A program made the position numbers and the translations under genes. Shown piece after piece: positions 1 through 9,564 of a stretch of 64,000 bases of DNA (within the stretch, counting starts at the first letter, position 1; every line of letters begins with the position of its first letter). The stretch lies in IMG/VR virus record IMGVR_UViG_3300033064_003431, positions 1,124 to 65,123 of that record. The stretch is one strand, 5' to 3'. This stretch comes from a virus (lineage: Duplodnaviria; Caudoviricetes). Under the pieces are notes generated by a model. It did no database searches. It saw only the letters and a list, made by a program, of their open reading frames with translations, and was not told where the DNA came from.

Positions 1-279
1 GAAAAATTTCAAATAATTAAGAATACAGAGATACCCAAGCTGAATAAATCTTGGAAATGTAGTAGATTGTGCCATTTTGGTAAAACAACCTTTGAGAATA
101 CAGCAATACTACCCATTGTAGAATACAGAGATAATCAGGTGTGTAAGGTAGACACCATGATGACCAAATGCGAACAACTTAAGCATGATATTGATATAAG
201 TGGGATAACAAACATAGTTGACAACTATACAGTTCCGGGATATACTATAGGCAAGTATCAGGCTCCAGGAAGTGTCTAA
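1..279 (+). CDS. 3' end of a probable Cas4/RecB-like PD-(D/E)xK exonuclease (gene starts before the window)
   Basis: Frame +1 is open from base 1 (EKFQIIKNTEIPKLNKSWKCSRLCHFGK...C...C). A WKCxxxC plus further Cys pattern is typical of the C-terminal Fe-S ligands of Cas4/AddB-like nucleases. The catalytic part is not visible. Confidence 0.45.
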   Translation, partial: EKFQIIKNTEIPKLNKSWKCSRLCHFGKTTFENTAILPIVEYRDNQVCKVDTMMTKCEQLKHDIDISGITNIVDNYTVPGYTIGKYQAPGSV

Positions 280-282
280 AAC

Positions 283-2166
283 ATGAAAAATTATACGCCC
301 TTACATTGCCATTCTATGTACTCCTTATTGGACGGACTATCTAAGCCGTCTCAAATGGTGGAAAGATGCTTGGAAATAGGGGCTTCTGCTTGTGCCATAA
401 CAGATCATGGAACAATAGCGGGTGCTGTTAAGTTTTATAACCAGATGAAAAAGTCTAACATCAAACCCATTCTGGGGTGCGAGATATATCTGTGTGATCA
501 AGCTGCGGATATTCAGGATAAAACAAACAGAGCCTTAACACACTTCTTGATACTGGCTAAAAACCTGCGTGGTTGGAATAAGCTGATCAGTTTAGTTTCT
601 GAGTCTAATAGGCCAGACTTTTTTTATCACAAGCCTAGACTCAATTTAGAGAGCCTAGCACCATTCTGTGACGGGGATTTGATCGGGATGTGTGGACACA
701 TGGGTTCTCTACTATCTGATAAGATTATGGTAGGAGATCAGATGGACCCAGATTGGAAAAACAAGGGAGTTCAATTAATAGGAACTCTTAAAGATATGTT
801 TGGTGCAGAAAATCTATTCTTGGAAGCACAACTTATGGATGCTAACAATAATCCATCACAAATATTAATCACAGACGCTGTAAGAGAGCTTGGTAAGCTC
901 ACACGAACAAAGGTGGTTTGTACCCCAGACGCCCACTATGCAAAAAAAGAAGATGCCATAGACCAAAGAATATTATTGTGTAATAATCTTAAAACAACAA
1001 TGCCTGAAATCAGTCGTAAAATTAGCAACAATGAAGATGTGCCACTATCGTGCTTTTTTACTTCAGACAATTTTCATATCTTGTCTCAGGAAGAAATGAG
1101 AGAGATACATACAGAAGAAGAGATAGATAATACCAACCTAGTAGAATCTTTATGTGAAGACTACGATATCCATAGTAGGCCAAGATTGCCTCCTTTTAAG
1201 TGCGATACCACGCCAGATGAACACCTAAGACAACTATGTAGAGATGGTTGGAAAGCTAAAATATCTGATAATATTAGCAAAGAGCATCAGGGTGTCTATC
1301 TTGATAGAATTAAGTATGAACTAGATATTTTACAAGGGGCGGGCTTATCCAGCTATTTTTTAATAGTACAAGACATTGTTGAGCACATTAGAGGTAATAA
1401 TTGGTTGCCTGGGCCCGGCAGAGGCTCTGCTGCTGGTTGTTTAGTATCCTATCTAATAGGTATTACCGGAATTGATCCAATTAAATATTCTCTGATGTTT
1501 GATAGATTTTATAATTCTGGAAGAAATACGGCTGATCGAGTATCCATGCCTGATATTGATGTGGATGTTCCTGTGGATAAAAGAGAGCATATTATTCAAT
1601 ATATCAAGGATACGTATGGTTCTGCACAAGTCTGTCAGATGGTGACATTTAATACCATAAAGGGTAGAGGGGCCATAAAAGATGTGCTAAGGGTGTATGG
1701 TAACGTGTCTTTTGAAGAGATGAATAATATAACTAAAAATATTCCAGACGAAGCGAAAATTGCCGACGATTTACAAGATATGAAAGACGAGACAGGAGAA
1801 GCATCTATTATTAGATGGGCCTTAGAGAATCAAGGAGAACGACTAAAAGAATGGTGTTATATAGGAGAAAACCAACAGTTAGAAGGGCCACTTGCCAAAA
1901 GGTTTGAACAAGCTATTAGATTAGAGGGCACAAAGGTACATCAGTCCAAACACGCAGCAGGAGTGGTAATAGCGGATTCGGAACTGTCTAGCCTATGTCC
2001 TATGGTTTATGATACAAAAACAAAGAGTAGAATTGCGGGTATGGAGATGGAAGATTTAGAATCTATTGGAATCGTTAAGTTTGATATTTTGGGTGTTGCA
2101 ATGTTAGATAAGATGATGTTTATTTCTGAGTATTTAAAACAAGGAGTCTCAAATGAAATTTCATGA
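283..2166 (+). CDS. dnaE: DNA polymerase III alpha subunit, N-terminal half (PHP domain plus palm/thumb)
   Basis: Motifs LHCHSMYSLLDG, AITDHG, KPILGCE, DAHY, GPGRGSAAGCLVSYLIGIT, FDRF, MPDIDVD, SKHAAGVVI and KFDILG. The ORF stops shortly after the third catalytic Asp. Confidence 0.97.
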   Translation: MKNYTPLHCHSMYSLLDGLSKPSQMVERCLEIGASACAITDHGTIAGAVKFYNQMKKSNIKPILGCEIYLCDQAADIQDKTNRALTHFLILAKNLRGWNKLISLVSESNRPDFFYHKPRLNLESLAPFCDGDLIGMCGHMGSLLSDKIMVGDQMDPDWKNKGVQLIGTLKDMFGAENLFLEAQLMDANNNPSQILITDAVRELGKLTRTKVVCTPDAHYAKKEDAIDQRILLCNNLKTTMPEISRKISNNEDVPLSCFFTSDNFHILSQEEMREIHTEEEIDNTNLVESLCEDYDIHSRPRLPPFKCDTTPDEHLRQLCRDGWKAKISDNISKEHQGVYLDRIKYELDILQGAGLSSYFLIVQDIVEHIRGNNWLPGPGRGSAAGCLVSYLIGITGIDPIKYSLMFDRFYNSGRNTADRVSMPDIDVDVPVDKREHIIQYIKDTYGSAQVCQMVTFNTIKGRGAIKDVLRVYGNVSFEEMNNITKNIPDEAKIADDLQDMKDETGEASIIRWALENQGERLKEWCYIGENQQLEGPLAKRFEQAIRLEGTKVHQSKHAAGVVIADSELSSLCPMVYDTKTKSRIAGMEMEDLESIGIVKFDILGVAMLDKMMFISEYLKQGVSNEIS

Positions 2167-2329
2167 ATTAGCGGTAGGAGATAGCTTTCTCTATAATAAT
2201 AACCAGTATGTTAAGGTACAAGAAGTAAAGCTAAATTGTTGTAAGGTCAAGTATAATTGCTCTGCCAACAGCGGTGGGCAAGAAGTTAGACAACCTATGG
2301 ACGAGGTAGAGAAAGTGAATCAGGGATAA
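2153..2329 (+). CDS. small hypothetical protein, 58 aa, not in the ORF track
   Basis: ATG at 2153 is preceded by AAGGAG (2141-2146). It reads MKFHELAVGDSFLYNNNQYVKVQEVKLNCCKVKYNC...VNQG then TAA at 2327-2329, and fills the gap between dnaE-N and the exonuclease. Confidence 0.7.
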   Translation: MKFHELAVGDSFLYNNNQYVKVQEVKLNCCKVKYNCSANSGGQEVRQPMDEVEKVNQG

Positions 2330-2336
2330 TATTTAA

Positions 2337-3032
2337 ATGCTAACCAAAAAAATATGTGTCTTTGATTTTGAGACAGACGGATCTGACCCACAGCAATGTA
2401 GTCCTGTTCAGATAGCCGCATTAATGATAGATCCTATAAAATTAGAAATAATTCCGGGGTCAGAATTTAATGTCTTCTGTAAGCCAGAAGTAATGGAGAA
2501 AGATGATAAATACCATTATGAGACAGATATCCTGGCTTTTCATGCCAAGGTAAGAGGATGTTCTCAAGATGATATCTATAAGCAGTGGCAACAATATCCC
2601 TCTCAAGAAATGTCTTGGAGGGCTTTTGCTATGTACTTAGAAAAGTACCATTGCGGTAATAGGTCTAAGAAAAGCCTGTTTAGTGCTCCTATTGCGGCTG
2701 GATACAATATAAATCGGTTTGATCTAAGAATAGTCAATAGACTAAGCCTGAAATATAAGTTGGTACACTCGTCTGAACAAACTTCTTCCATGTTCTACCC
2801 CAGAGATGTGTTAGATATTATGAATCTAGTTTTTTATTGGTTCGAGAATATTAATCTCAAAAGCTATACACTAGATAACATTCGGGAATATCTAGGGATC
2901 TCTAAAGATGGGGCACACGACGCACTAAAAGACGTTAAGGATTGTGCAAATATACTGATTCGCTTTTTAAGGCTACATAGAAAACTAGGAGAAAAGATCT
3001 CTTTCAAAGATTCTTTTATAAATGGCAATTGA
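2337..3032 (+). CDS. DEDDh 3'-5' exonuclease (DnaQ/epsilon-like)
   Basis: ExoI VFDFETDG, ExoII AGYNINRFD and ExoIII HDALKD. Lies between the two dnaE halves. Confidence 0.92.
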   Translation: MLTKKICVFDFETDGSDPQQCSPVQIAALMIDPIKLEIIPGSEFNVFCKPEVMEKDDKYHYETDILAFHAKVRGCSQDDIYKQWQQYPSQEMSWRAFAMYLEKYHCGNRSKKSLFSAPIAAGYNINRFDLRIVNRLSLKYKLVHSSEQTSSMFYPRDVLDIMNLVFYWFENINLKSYTLDNIREYLGISKDGAHDALKDVKDCANILIRFLRLHRKLGEKISFKDSFINGN

Positions 3033-5361
3033 TTTTATCTGTGGTTGTAGTTTCCCTACTAAAAAACTCAAAGGGCTAATGAGTGTTGAGTATAGAGTTG
3101 ATGATATTAGGTTTGATTGTTCCAAAACCTGGGAACTCATAGCAGAGGGTAATACCAAGGGGTGTTTTCAGCTAGAGAGTAGGCTGGGGCAGTCTATGTC
3201 TAAAAAACTAAAACCGTCTAATATAGAAGAATTAGCGGCTTTGATTAGTATCATGAGACCGGGATGTATTTCTGGTGATACAAAAATATTTATCAATAAA
3301 TATAAACATATAGACGGCAACACCAGATTTCAAAAGGCTAAAATAAGAGATATCGTAAATAATCCGCAAAAGTTCCCACGAATACTGTCGTATGATGAAA
3401 CCTCTGGTAAATTTATTTCCAATAAAGTAATTAATGCATTTTATAGTGGGGATAAAGAATGCTTTAAAGTTATAATTCAAAGTAACGAAAGACGTAAAAG
3501 CGATGATGGCAAAAAAGACTATAAGCTTGAATGCACAGCAGACCATCAGCTATTAACCTTAACAGGATGGAAAGAGTTAAAAGATATTAATATTGGAGAC
3601 AGAATATTAGTTAATAATAGAAAAGGTAAAAAAATAGGATTGGGAACAAAAAGCTTCAGACAAAGATGTTATAAGACATATCAACAAAAATGTATTTTTT
3701 GCGATTGGAGTGGCGGATCCTTGGATGTGAATCATATTACGGGTAATAGATTTACCAATAATGATCCAAATAATTTATGTTACATGTGCCCTAACCATCA
3801 TCGTGAATTTACAGAAGGCGCTATTTCTATAGCAAAGGTGAATAAATATAGACTAAAATATAAACTTCCAAAAACTATAGATGGTAAATGGTGCAAAGTA
3901 GTTGACAAAATTTCTGTGGGTATTAAAGATGTCTATGATATATCTATGACATCTCCTCACAATAATTTTATTGCCGGTGGAATAGTTGTACACAATTGCC
4001 TTGAGGCAGTCAGAGACGATAAAACCGTTAGTAATCATTATATTGATAAAAAGAATGGTCTAGAAAGTGTCGATTATTTTCATGAAGCCCTAGAGCCAAT
4101 CTTACAAAATACCTATGGAGAAATGGTATATCAAGAACAAGCTATGGAAATAGCTAAAGATATAGCGGGATTTAATCTTCAAGAAGCAGATATGCTCAGA
4201 AAAGCTATCGGTAAAAAAAGACCAGAAGAGATGGCAAAGATCAAGTCCAAGTTTATAGACGGTTGTGATAACAAAAAGACTGTATCTAAAGATGAGGCAG
4301 AACAAATATTTGGTTGGATTGAAAAGTCTCAGAGATATTCATTTAATAAATCTCATGCTGTGAGCTATGCTATAAACGGCTATCTATCGGCTCATGCTAA
4401 AACACACTTTCCTAAGATATTCTTTTTGTCTTATTTAAAGTTCGCTAAAGATAAGATAGACCCCCAAGAAGAAATGTTACAGTTAATCAACAATGCTAAG
4501 GATATGAATATAGATATTGTTGGGCCGTCCATACTGATGAAAAATAGCGACTTTATTATTCAGGATGATAAAATATATTTTGGTTTAACCAATATTAAGG
4601 GGTTGGGACAATCTCTGTACACAAAGCTCATAGAGATGGTGGATCAAATACCACTTAATACTATCTCTTGGCCTAAATTTTTACTAAGCGTATTACTAAA
4701 GATCAATTCTAGTGCAGCTAAAGCTCTGATCTTATCTGGGGCATTAGATCACTTTAAAATATCTAGAAATAAACTTTTATTTGAATTTAATATAGTATCC
4801 ATACTCACTACTAGAGAAATAGATAAATGTATAATTATTATAGAAGAAGATCGTAAGATCACTAAAATCGCAGATATTCTAAGGACTCTCTTATCTACAG
4901 AGAAGATTATCAAAACTCGTCAACCTAAAATTATGGGTAGTATAGAACAGATCACTCATCCCCCATATTCTTTAGAAGATAACCCCGAGTGGATATCCGA
5001 CAACGAGAGAGAACTATTATCTGTAGCCATTTCTTGTTATAAAACAGACCAGTATGACTCTTCTTATGCTAATACCAACTGCAAAGATATCAAAACTCTG
5101 CCTAATAATAAAACCTTCTTTCTTATAGCTGAAATAGCTATGATGAATATTATTGTGACCAAAAGAGGTAAAACCCCCGGTAAAGAGATGTGTTTTTTAA
5201 CCTTGTCTGATGCTTATGGTAGTGTGGACTCCCCGGTGATGTTTTCCGAAGACTATGATAATAATAAGCATCTGCTACAACAAGGAAGGGTGCTTATGTT
5301 TAGTGGTCAAAAGTCTGGGAAAAACAATAGCCCTATTATAAAAAAATGTTTTATCGTGTAG
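3022..5361 (+). CDS. dnaE: DNA polymerase III alpha subunit, C-terminal half (fingers, HhH, OB), intein-containing
   Basis: Motifs TKGCFQLES, IMRPG, TYGEMVYQEQAM, ADMLRKAIGKK, YSFNKSHAVSYA, IYFGLTNIKGLG, ALILSGALD, and an OB-like C-terminus (EMCFLTLSD). Confidence 0.95.
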   Translation: MAIDFICGCSFPTKKLKGLMSVEYRVDDIRFDCSKTWELIAEGNTKGCFQLESRLGQSMSKKLKPSNIEELAALISIMRPGCISGDTKIFINKYKHIDGNTRFQKAKIRDIVNNPQKFPRILSYDETSGKFISNKVINAFYSGDKECFKVIIQSNERRKSDDGKKDYKLECTADHQLLTLTGWKELKDINIGDRILVNNRKGKKIGLGTKSFRQRCYKTYQQKCIFCDWSGGSLDVNHITGNRFTNNDPNNLCYMCPNHHREFTEGAISIAKVNKYRLKYKLPKTIDGKWCKVVDKISVGIKDVYDISMTSPHNNFIAGGIVVHNCLEAVRDDKTVSNHYIDKKNGLESVDYFHEALEPILQNTYGEMVYQEQAMEIAKDIAGFNLQEADMLRKAIGKKRPEEMAKIKSKFIDGCDNKKTVSKDEAEQIFGWIEKSQRYSFNKSHAVSYAINGYLSAHAKTHFPKIFFLSYLKFAKDKIDPQEEMLQLINNAKDMNIDIVGPSILMKNSDFIIQDDKIYFGLTNIKGLGQSLYTKLIEMVDQIPLNTISWPKFLLSVLLKINSSAAKALILSGALDHFKISRNKLLFEFNIVSILTTREIDKCIIIIEEDRKITKIADILRTLLSTEKIIKTRQPKIMGSIEQITHPPYSLEDNPEWISDNERELLSVAISCYKTDQYDSSYANTNCKDIKTLPNNKTFFLIAEIAMMNIIVTKRGKTPGKEMCFLTLSDAYGSVDSPVMFSEDYDNNKHLLQQGRVLMFSGQKSGKNNSPIIKKCFIV
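3265..3996 (+). mobile_element. 244-aa intein with an HNH homing endonuclease domain, inserted in dnaE-C at RPG/C
   Basis: Starts CISGDTKI (block A), has ECTADHQLLT (block B) and VYDISM...NNFIAGGIVVHN/C (blocks F/G). Internal CIFC...LDVNHITGNRFTNNDPNNLCYMCPNHH is an HNH/Zn motif. Confidence 0.93.
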
Positions 5362-5363
5362 AC

Positions 5364-5396
5364 TTGACAAAATACCGCCAGGTCCGATAATATACT
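5364..5396 (+). promoter_or_regulatory. putative sigma70-type promoter upstream of ssb
   Basis: Perfect TTGACA at 5364-5369 followed 16-18 nt later by GATAAT/TAATAT, in an intergenic gap. AAGGAG RBS before the ssb ATG. Confidence 0.6.
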
Positions 5397-5436
5397 AGCG
5401 TTTGATATTTTTGTTACCTCTTAAGGAGAGTTTTGA

Positions 5437-5814
5437 ATGAATATTATGTTGTTGAAGGGAAATTTGACCAGAGATCCAGAGCTGAGAAGTGTCACGACAG
5501 GAGAAAAGCAAACATCTGTGGTGTCTTTTACGGTTGCTGTATCCAAGGAATTTACGAGAGCGAATGGGAACCAAGATAAGATCGTTTCTTATATTCAGTG
5601 TGAAGCATGGGATAGTGGAGCAGAAGCTATCTCTGCGTCTTTTCGCAAGGGGGATCTCGTAATCATAGAAGGAAGTCTCAGAAACGATAGCTGGGAAAAG
5701 GATGGGGTTAAGCACTCTACTCTTAAGGTTCGGGTGAATAATTTTGCTAAGATCACCAGAACAAACAAGAAGAAGGTAGCAGAAGACGTAAGCGAAGAAG
5801 CTGTAGCCTTCTAG
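5437..5814 (+). CDS. ssb: single-stranded DNA-binding protein
   Basis: MNIMLLKGNLTRDPELR, CEAW, KGDLVIIEGSLRNDSWEKDG, and an acidic tail ending EEAVAF. Confidence 0.95.
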   Translation: MNIMLLKGNLTRDPELRSVTTGEKQTSVVSFTVAVSKEFTRANGNQDKIVSYIQCEAWDSGAEAISASFRKGDLVIIEGSLRNDSWEKDGVKHSTLKVRVNNFAKITRTNKKKVAEDVSEEAVAF

Positions 5815-5834
5815 GATTAGTCATATTATGATCG

Positions 5835-5866
5835 GGTGGGGGCGGATTTACGCCCCCACCATTTTC
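5835..5866 (+). terminator. intrinsic terminator after ssb
   Basis: Perfect 10-bp stem GGTGGGGGCG / CGCCCCCACC with a 6-nt loop, followed by ATTTTC. Confidence 0.75.
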
Positions 5867-5887
5867 TACTACAGGACATGGAGCGTT

Positions 5888-7513
5888 ATGAGTGATCGCA
5901 AAAAAAGAATCCTAATGATAGCGGAGTCCCATAACCTCAGTTCGGGTTTTGGTAGATACACCATAGAAATACTACAAAGACTATACGATAGTAACAAATA
6001 CGAAATTGCAGAATTATCCTGCTATTCTAATTCTGGCGTAATCTCCTCTCACCCAGTTCCTTGGAAAGTTTATCCTAACGCTCCTGATGCCGACGAATCA
6101 GAAGAGGGAAAAAAGGTATATAATGAGAACCCCATCAATCAATTTGGCCAATGGAGATTTGAAAGAGTTGTTCTACACTTTAAGCCAGACATTGTTTGCG
6201 ATATCAGAGATTATTGGATGTTCGCATATCAAGAGCTCTCCCCATTAAGAAAATATTTTCATTGGATTATTGCTCCCACCATAGATTCCATACCACAAAG
6301 ACAAGAATGGCTACATACCTTTGAAAATGCAGATGTGTTATTGACACACACAGACTGGGCATATGACTATATCAAGTCTTTGAATAGGCCAATCAACCTA
6401 TTAGGAGTAGTATCGGACTCTGTGGACACCAAACAATTCTGTCCGATAACACACACGAAAGCATACCACAAGGCAAAATACGGCATTCCCACAGACTCTA
6501 TAGTCCTTGGTTCTGTGATGAGAAACCAAAAAAGAAAACTAATTCCAGCCTTATTCTCTATGCTCAGCAAATTAATAGAAAAAACGAATAATAGAAAAAT
6601 TTATCTACACCTACATACTTCATATCCGGAAAACGGTGGCTGGAATATACCAGAACTATTACAAGAGTACGGCGTGTACAATAATGTGTTATTTACATAC
6701 TATGTTCCTGATAACGGCACGGTCTTTGTCTCCCCCTATAAAGGCGCATTAATTCCGTGTCCAAACGATACTAGTAAAACAGCTTGTTTTCCCGGTGTGG
6801 TAAAAGGTTTATCTAATGAGAAATTGGTAGAGATATATAACCTATTTGATGTTTATATACAGTATGCAATCTGTGAAGGTCTTGGTATACCACAACTAGA
6901 AGCTGCGTCTTGTGGCATACCCATTATGGCTGTTAATTATAGTGGTATGGAAGAAATAACCACCAAGGTTGAAGGAGCAAAGATATCTCATACCCTATCT
7001 AAAGAACTAGAAACAGGTTCTGATAGGGCTGTTCCAGACGACGATTGCCTAATTAATGAAATTATATCATGGATGAATTTATCATTATCGCAGAAAAAGG
7101 AAAAGTCTAAACGCACCAGAGCATTGCTCATAGATCATTATGGGTGGGACAAGACAGCGAACGAGTGGATGAGAATCTTTGATACCCTAGAACCAAAAAA
7201 CATATGGGATCAGCCTATGGTAACACAGCACGAAACGAAAGTTCCGGATAATTTAACAGCAAGACAATTTATTACGTATATCGTTCAAGAGCTAATGAAA
7301 GAGCCACTACTATTAAAAACTTATTTTATACAATCCTTAATTAGATCTGTTGATGAAAAATTTAGCAATGTTGGTGGCCACATAAATGAGGTAGCAATCC
7401 AACAGATTGTAAAAACACTAGAAGTATCTCTGAATAATAAAATGATATGTGAGCAGTTACGATCCGGAGCAATACCCCTATCAGAATCATATCTGGTTTG
7501 TGATAACAAATAA
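5888..7513 (+). CDS. GT-B (GT4-like) glycosyltransferase
   Basis: RILMIAE...SGFGRY, VMRNQKRKLIP and EGLGIPQLEAASCGIP (EX7E motif). The ORF track starts at 5828, but that start overlaps the terminator; ATG 5888 follows a GGAG. Confidence 0.9.
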   Translation: MSDRKKRILMIAESHNLSSGFGRYTIEILQRLYDSNKYEIAELSCYSNSGVISSHPVPWKVYPNAPDADESEEGKKVYNENPINQFGQWRFERVVLHFKPDIVCDIRDYWMFAYQELSPLRKYFHWIIAPTIDSIPQRQEWLHTFENADVLLTHTDWAYDYIKSLNRPINLLGVVSDSVDTKQFCPITHTKAYHKAKYGIPTDSIVLGSVMRNQKRKLIPALFSMLSKLIEKTNNRKIYLHLHTSYPENGGWNIPELLQEYGVYNNVLFTYYVPDNGTVFVSPYKGALIPCPNDTSKTACFPGVVKGLSNEKLVEIYNLFDVYIQYAICEGLGIPQLEAASCGIPIMAVNYSGMEEITTKVEGAKISHTLSKELETGSDRAVPDDDCLINEIISWMNLSLSQKKEKSKRTRALLIDHYGWDKTANEWMRIFDTLEPKNIWDQPMVTQHETKVPDNLTARQFITYIVQELMKEPLLLKTYFIQSLIRSVDEKFSNVGGHINEVAIQQIVKTLEVSLNNKMICEQLRSGAIPLSESYLVCDNK

Positions 7514-7518
7514 TATAT

Positions 7519-8625
7519 ATGGATAATATTTTATATATTGGCCCTTATAGAGAGTTTAGTGGTATGGGCAATGCCTCTAGACAATATATCAAGGCTCTGA
7601 TAGTTGCTGGCCACAATGTATCTGTGTGTCCCATCTATAATATCTATAGGGCATATCCAGAGGTAGATATAGATCCAGATATTTTACACAGAGAATCTAA
7701 TCTCAGCACTAGCTATGACAAGGTTATTCAACACACATACCCTCACCAGTATTCTTATGACTATAGATTTGCTAAAAATATTGGTATCCTACACCTAGAA
7801 TCACACAATTATTACCATAATCTAACCCAATATATTAATTTGATGGATGAGATAATAGTAGGCTCTCAGTATGTAGCACATAGCGTTCGTACCTCTGGGG
7901 TTTGTACTGCTCCAATACGAGTGGTTCCTGAACCCATAGATCTAGAGATGGTAAAAACCTTTAGGGAATCTAACCCACCCGTTAAAAAAAAATCACAATA
8001 TAAGTTTTATACAATAGGGAGTTATATCTCTCGAAAGAATTTGGATATGGTTATAACAGCCTTCTTGAGCTTGTTTACCACACACGACCAAGTAGAACTA
8101 ATCATCAAAACAAAAGAATATGGTCAACCAGAAGAATCTCTTCAACAGACCCTAGAGTATGATCTACATAATCTATACGAGTCTGTTAAAAATCTTGGGG
8201 TAAATAAACCCAAAGTAATGATTGGAGAAACTAGTTATAAGAATATTTTACATATACATAATAATGGTGATTGTTTTATTAATGCCTCATCAGGAGAGAG
8301 TTTTGGTTATTCCACCCTAGAAGCTATGGCATTTAACAACAATATTATCGCTACGAATAACACGGGTGGTTCGGAAATTATTGACGCTACATGTGGTAGG
8401 TATGTACATTCTGAACCAGTAGGATGTGTGGATAATCATAGTCATTTTTTATACAATTCTATGTATCAACAATGGAATAAGCCCACAGTGAATAGTTTAA
8501 TGAAACAAATGATTGGATGTATGGAAGAATCAGAGTCGGAGAAAAAAGAACGTATAATATCTCAAAATAATAGAATAAAGAACTTCTCTTTAGAAACAGT
8601 TTCTAACCTATTGGCCACCCTATGA
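7519..8625 (+). CDS. GT-B (GT4-like) glycosyltransferase
   Basis: SGMGNASRQY, SRKNLD and GESFGYSTLEAMAF (EX7E motif). Confidence 0.9.
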   Translation: MDNILYIGPYREFSGMGNASRQYIKALIVAGHNVSVCPIYNIYRAYPEVDIDPDILHRESNLSTSYDKVIQHTYPHQYSYDYRFAKNIGILHLESHNYYHNLTQYINLMDEIIVGSQYVAHSVRTSGVCTAPIRVVPEPIDLEMVKTFRESNPPVKKKSQYKFYTIGSYISRKNLDMVITAFLSLFTTHDQVELIIKTKEYGQPEESLQQTLEYDLHNLYESVKNLGVNKPKVMIGETSYKNILHIHNNGDCFINASSGESFGYSTLEAMAFNNNIIATNNTGGSEIIDATCGRYVHSEPVGCVDNHSHFLYNSMYQQWNKPTVNSLMKQMIGCMEESESEKKERIISQNNRIKNFSLETVSNLLATL

Positions 8626-9122
8626 TAGCATCACTAATAAATAAGCGATTAAATCACCCATACTATCCACAAATAGTCTGGACGCCGTGTGAAGATCCAG
8701 ACTTTAAAGCATTTATAAAAAGGGCGTGTGATGCCACTATGATAGATTTACATAGTACATACTTTGGTTTTAATAATATTTCATTAATTATCTGTAATAA
8801 TAGAATAACACACCTAGACAAAAGCGTGGCACTCTCTAGATTTTTATCTTGTCCACTATTAGTGATAGACCACTACCCAGCACCCTCAATGCTGAATAAC
8901 GATCATAATAATGATTTTAGTATTGGACCAGTTTACCAAGTTGCAATATCTAACAGAGTATATCTGTCTTGGAATAAAATACAGGATATTGTTCTGGGCT
9001 ATAATCCACAAGACCACAAAAATGGGGAAGAGTGGAAAGACCTAGTTGTTCAGCTATCTCAAACAAACTCACGAATTACAGAAAAAGAGGAACTACAGTA
9101 TGAAAACGCTAGGACCACCTAA
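8622..9122 (+). CDS. hypothetical protein, possibly a degenerate single-domain glycosyltransferase-like protein
   Basis: ATGA overlap with the upstream GT, with a Rossmann-like pattern (LIICNNR...PLLVIDH). No clear catalytic motif. Confidence 0.45.
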   Translation: MIASLINKRLNHPYYPQIVWTPCEDPDFKAFIKRACDATMIDLHSTYFGFNNISLIICNNRITHLDKSVALSRFLSCPLLVIDHYPAPSMLNNDHNNDFSIGPVYQVAISNRVYLSWNKIQDIVLGYNPQDHKNGEEWKDLVVQLSQTNSRITEKEELQYENARTT

Positions 9123-9564
9123 AACAAAGACCTTGTATCACAAGCTCTTTTTGTATCATACAGAGCCAGACGCACCCATAGATCCATTCGTCTATTATGA
9201 TATTCAAAAATTAAATAAACTCAAAAATAATAGCGTAGAGGAAATTTTTATACAAGATCTTCTAGATTATTCCAATGGAGAAAAAGAATGCTTGGTACTC
9301 ATTAATACTATTATGGACAAACTAAAGGGGGGCGGCTCTTTGCACATTCAGTCTACTGAACCATACCATCTTTGTGCTTCTCTATTGTCTAAGCAAATAG
9401 ATGTTTTAACTTTTAGAGCAATGGTTTTTGCTGTGGGTAAAAAGACCATTTTTGCTCTTGGTCAAATCAAGTCTATGATATTGGATACAAATAAAGCAAG
9501 TATATCTCAAGCCAAATTTATAAATGGTTTTCAATACTATTTACTATGTGTGAAAAATGAATGA
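9100..9564 (+). CDS. hypothetical protein with degenerate SAM-methyltransferase-like fold
   Basis: NNSVEEIFIQDLLDY...MDKLKGGGSLHI resembles class I MTase motifs that follow motif I, but motif I is absent. ATG 9100 follows AGAGGA (ORF track start 9046). Confidence 0.5.
   Translation: MKTLGPPKTKTLYHKLFLYHTEPDAPIDPFVYYDIQKLNKLKNNSVEEIFIQDLLDYSNGEKECLVLINTIMDKLKGGGSLHIQSTEPYHLCASLLSKQIDVLTFRAMVFAVGKKTIFALGQIKSMILDTNKASISQAKFINGFQYYLLCVKNE

Noticed and set aside
1-279. Cas4-like fragment as evidence of a CRISPR system
   Set aside because: Solo Cas4-like nucleases are common in phage replication modules; no array or other cas genes are visible, and the gene is truncated.
2100-3100. Split intein or group I intron joining the two dnaE halves
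   Set aside because: There is no intein block A at the end of dnaE-N and no HN/C at the start of dnaE-C. The gap is filled by two ordinary coupled genes, leaving no room for intron structure.
5828-5887. ORF-track start of the first glycosyltransferase
   Set aside because: It overlaps the ssb terminator hairpin; ATG 5888 has a better RBS and begins the GT fold.
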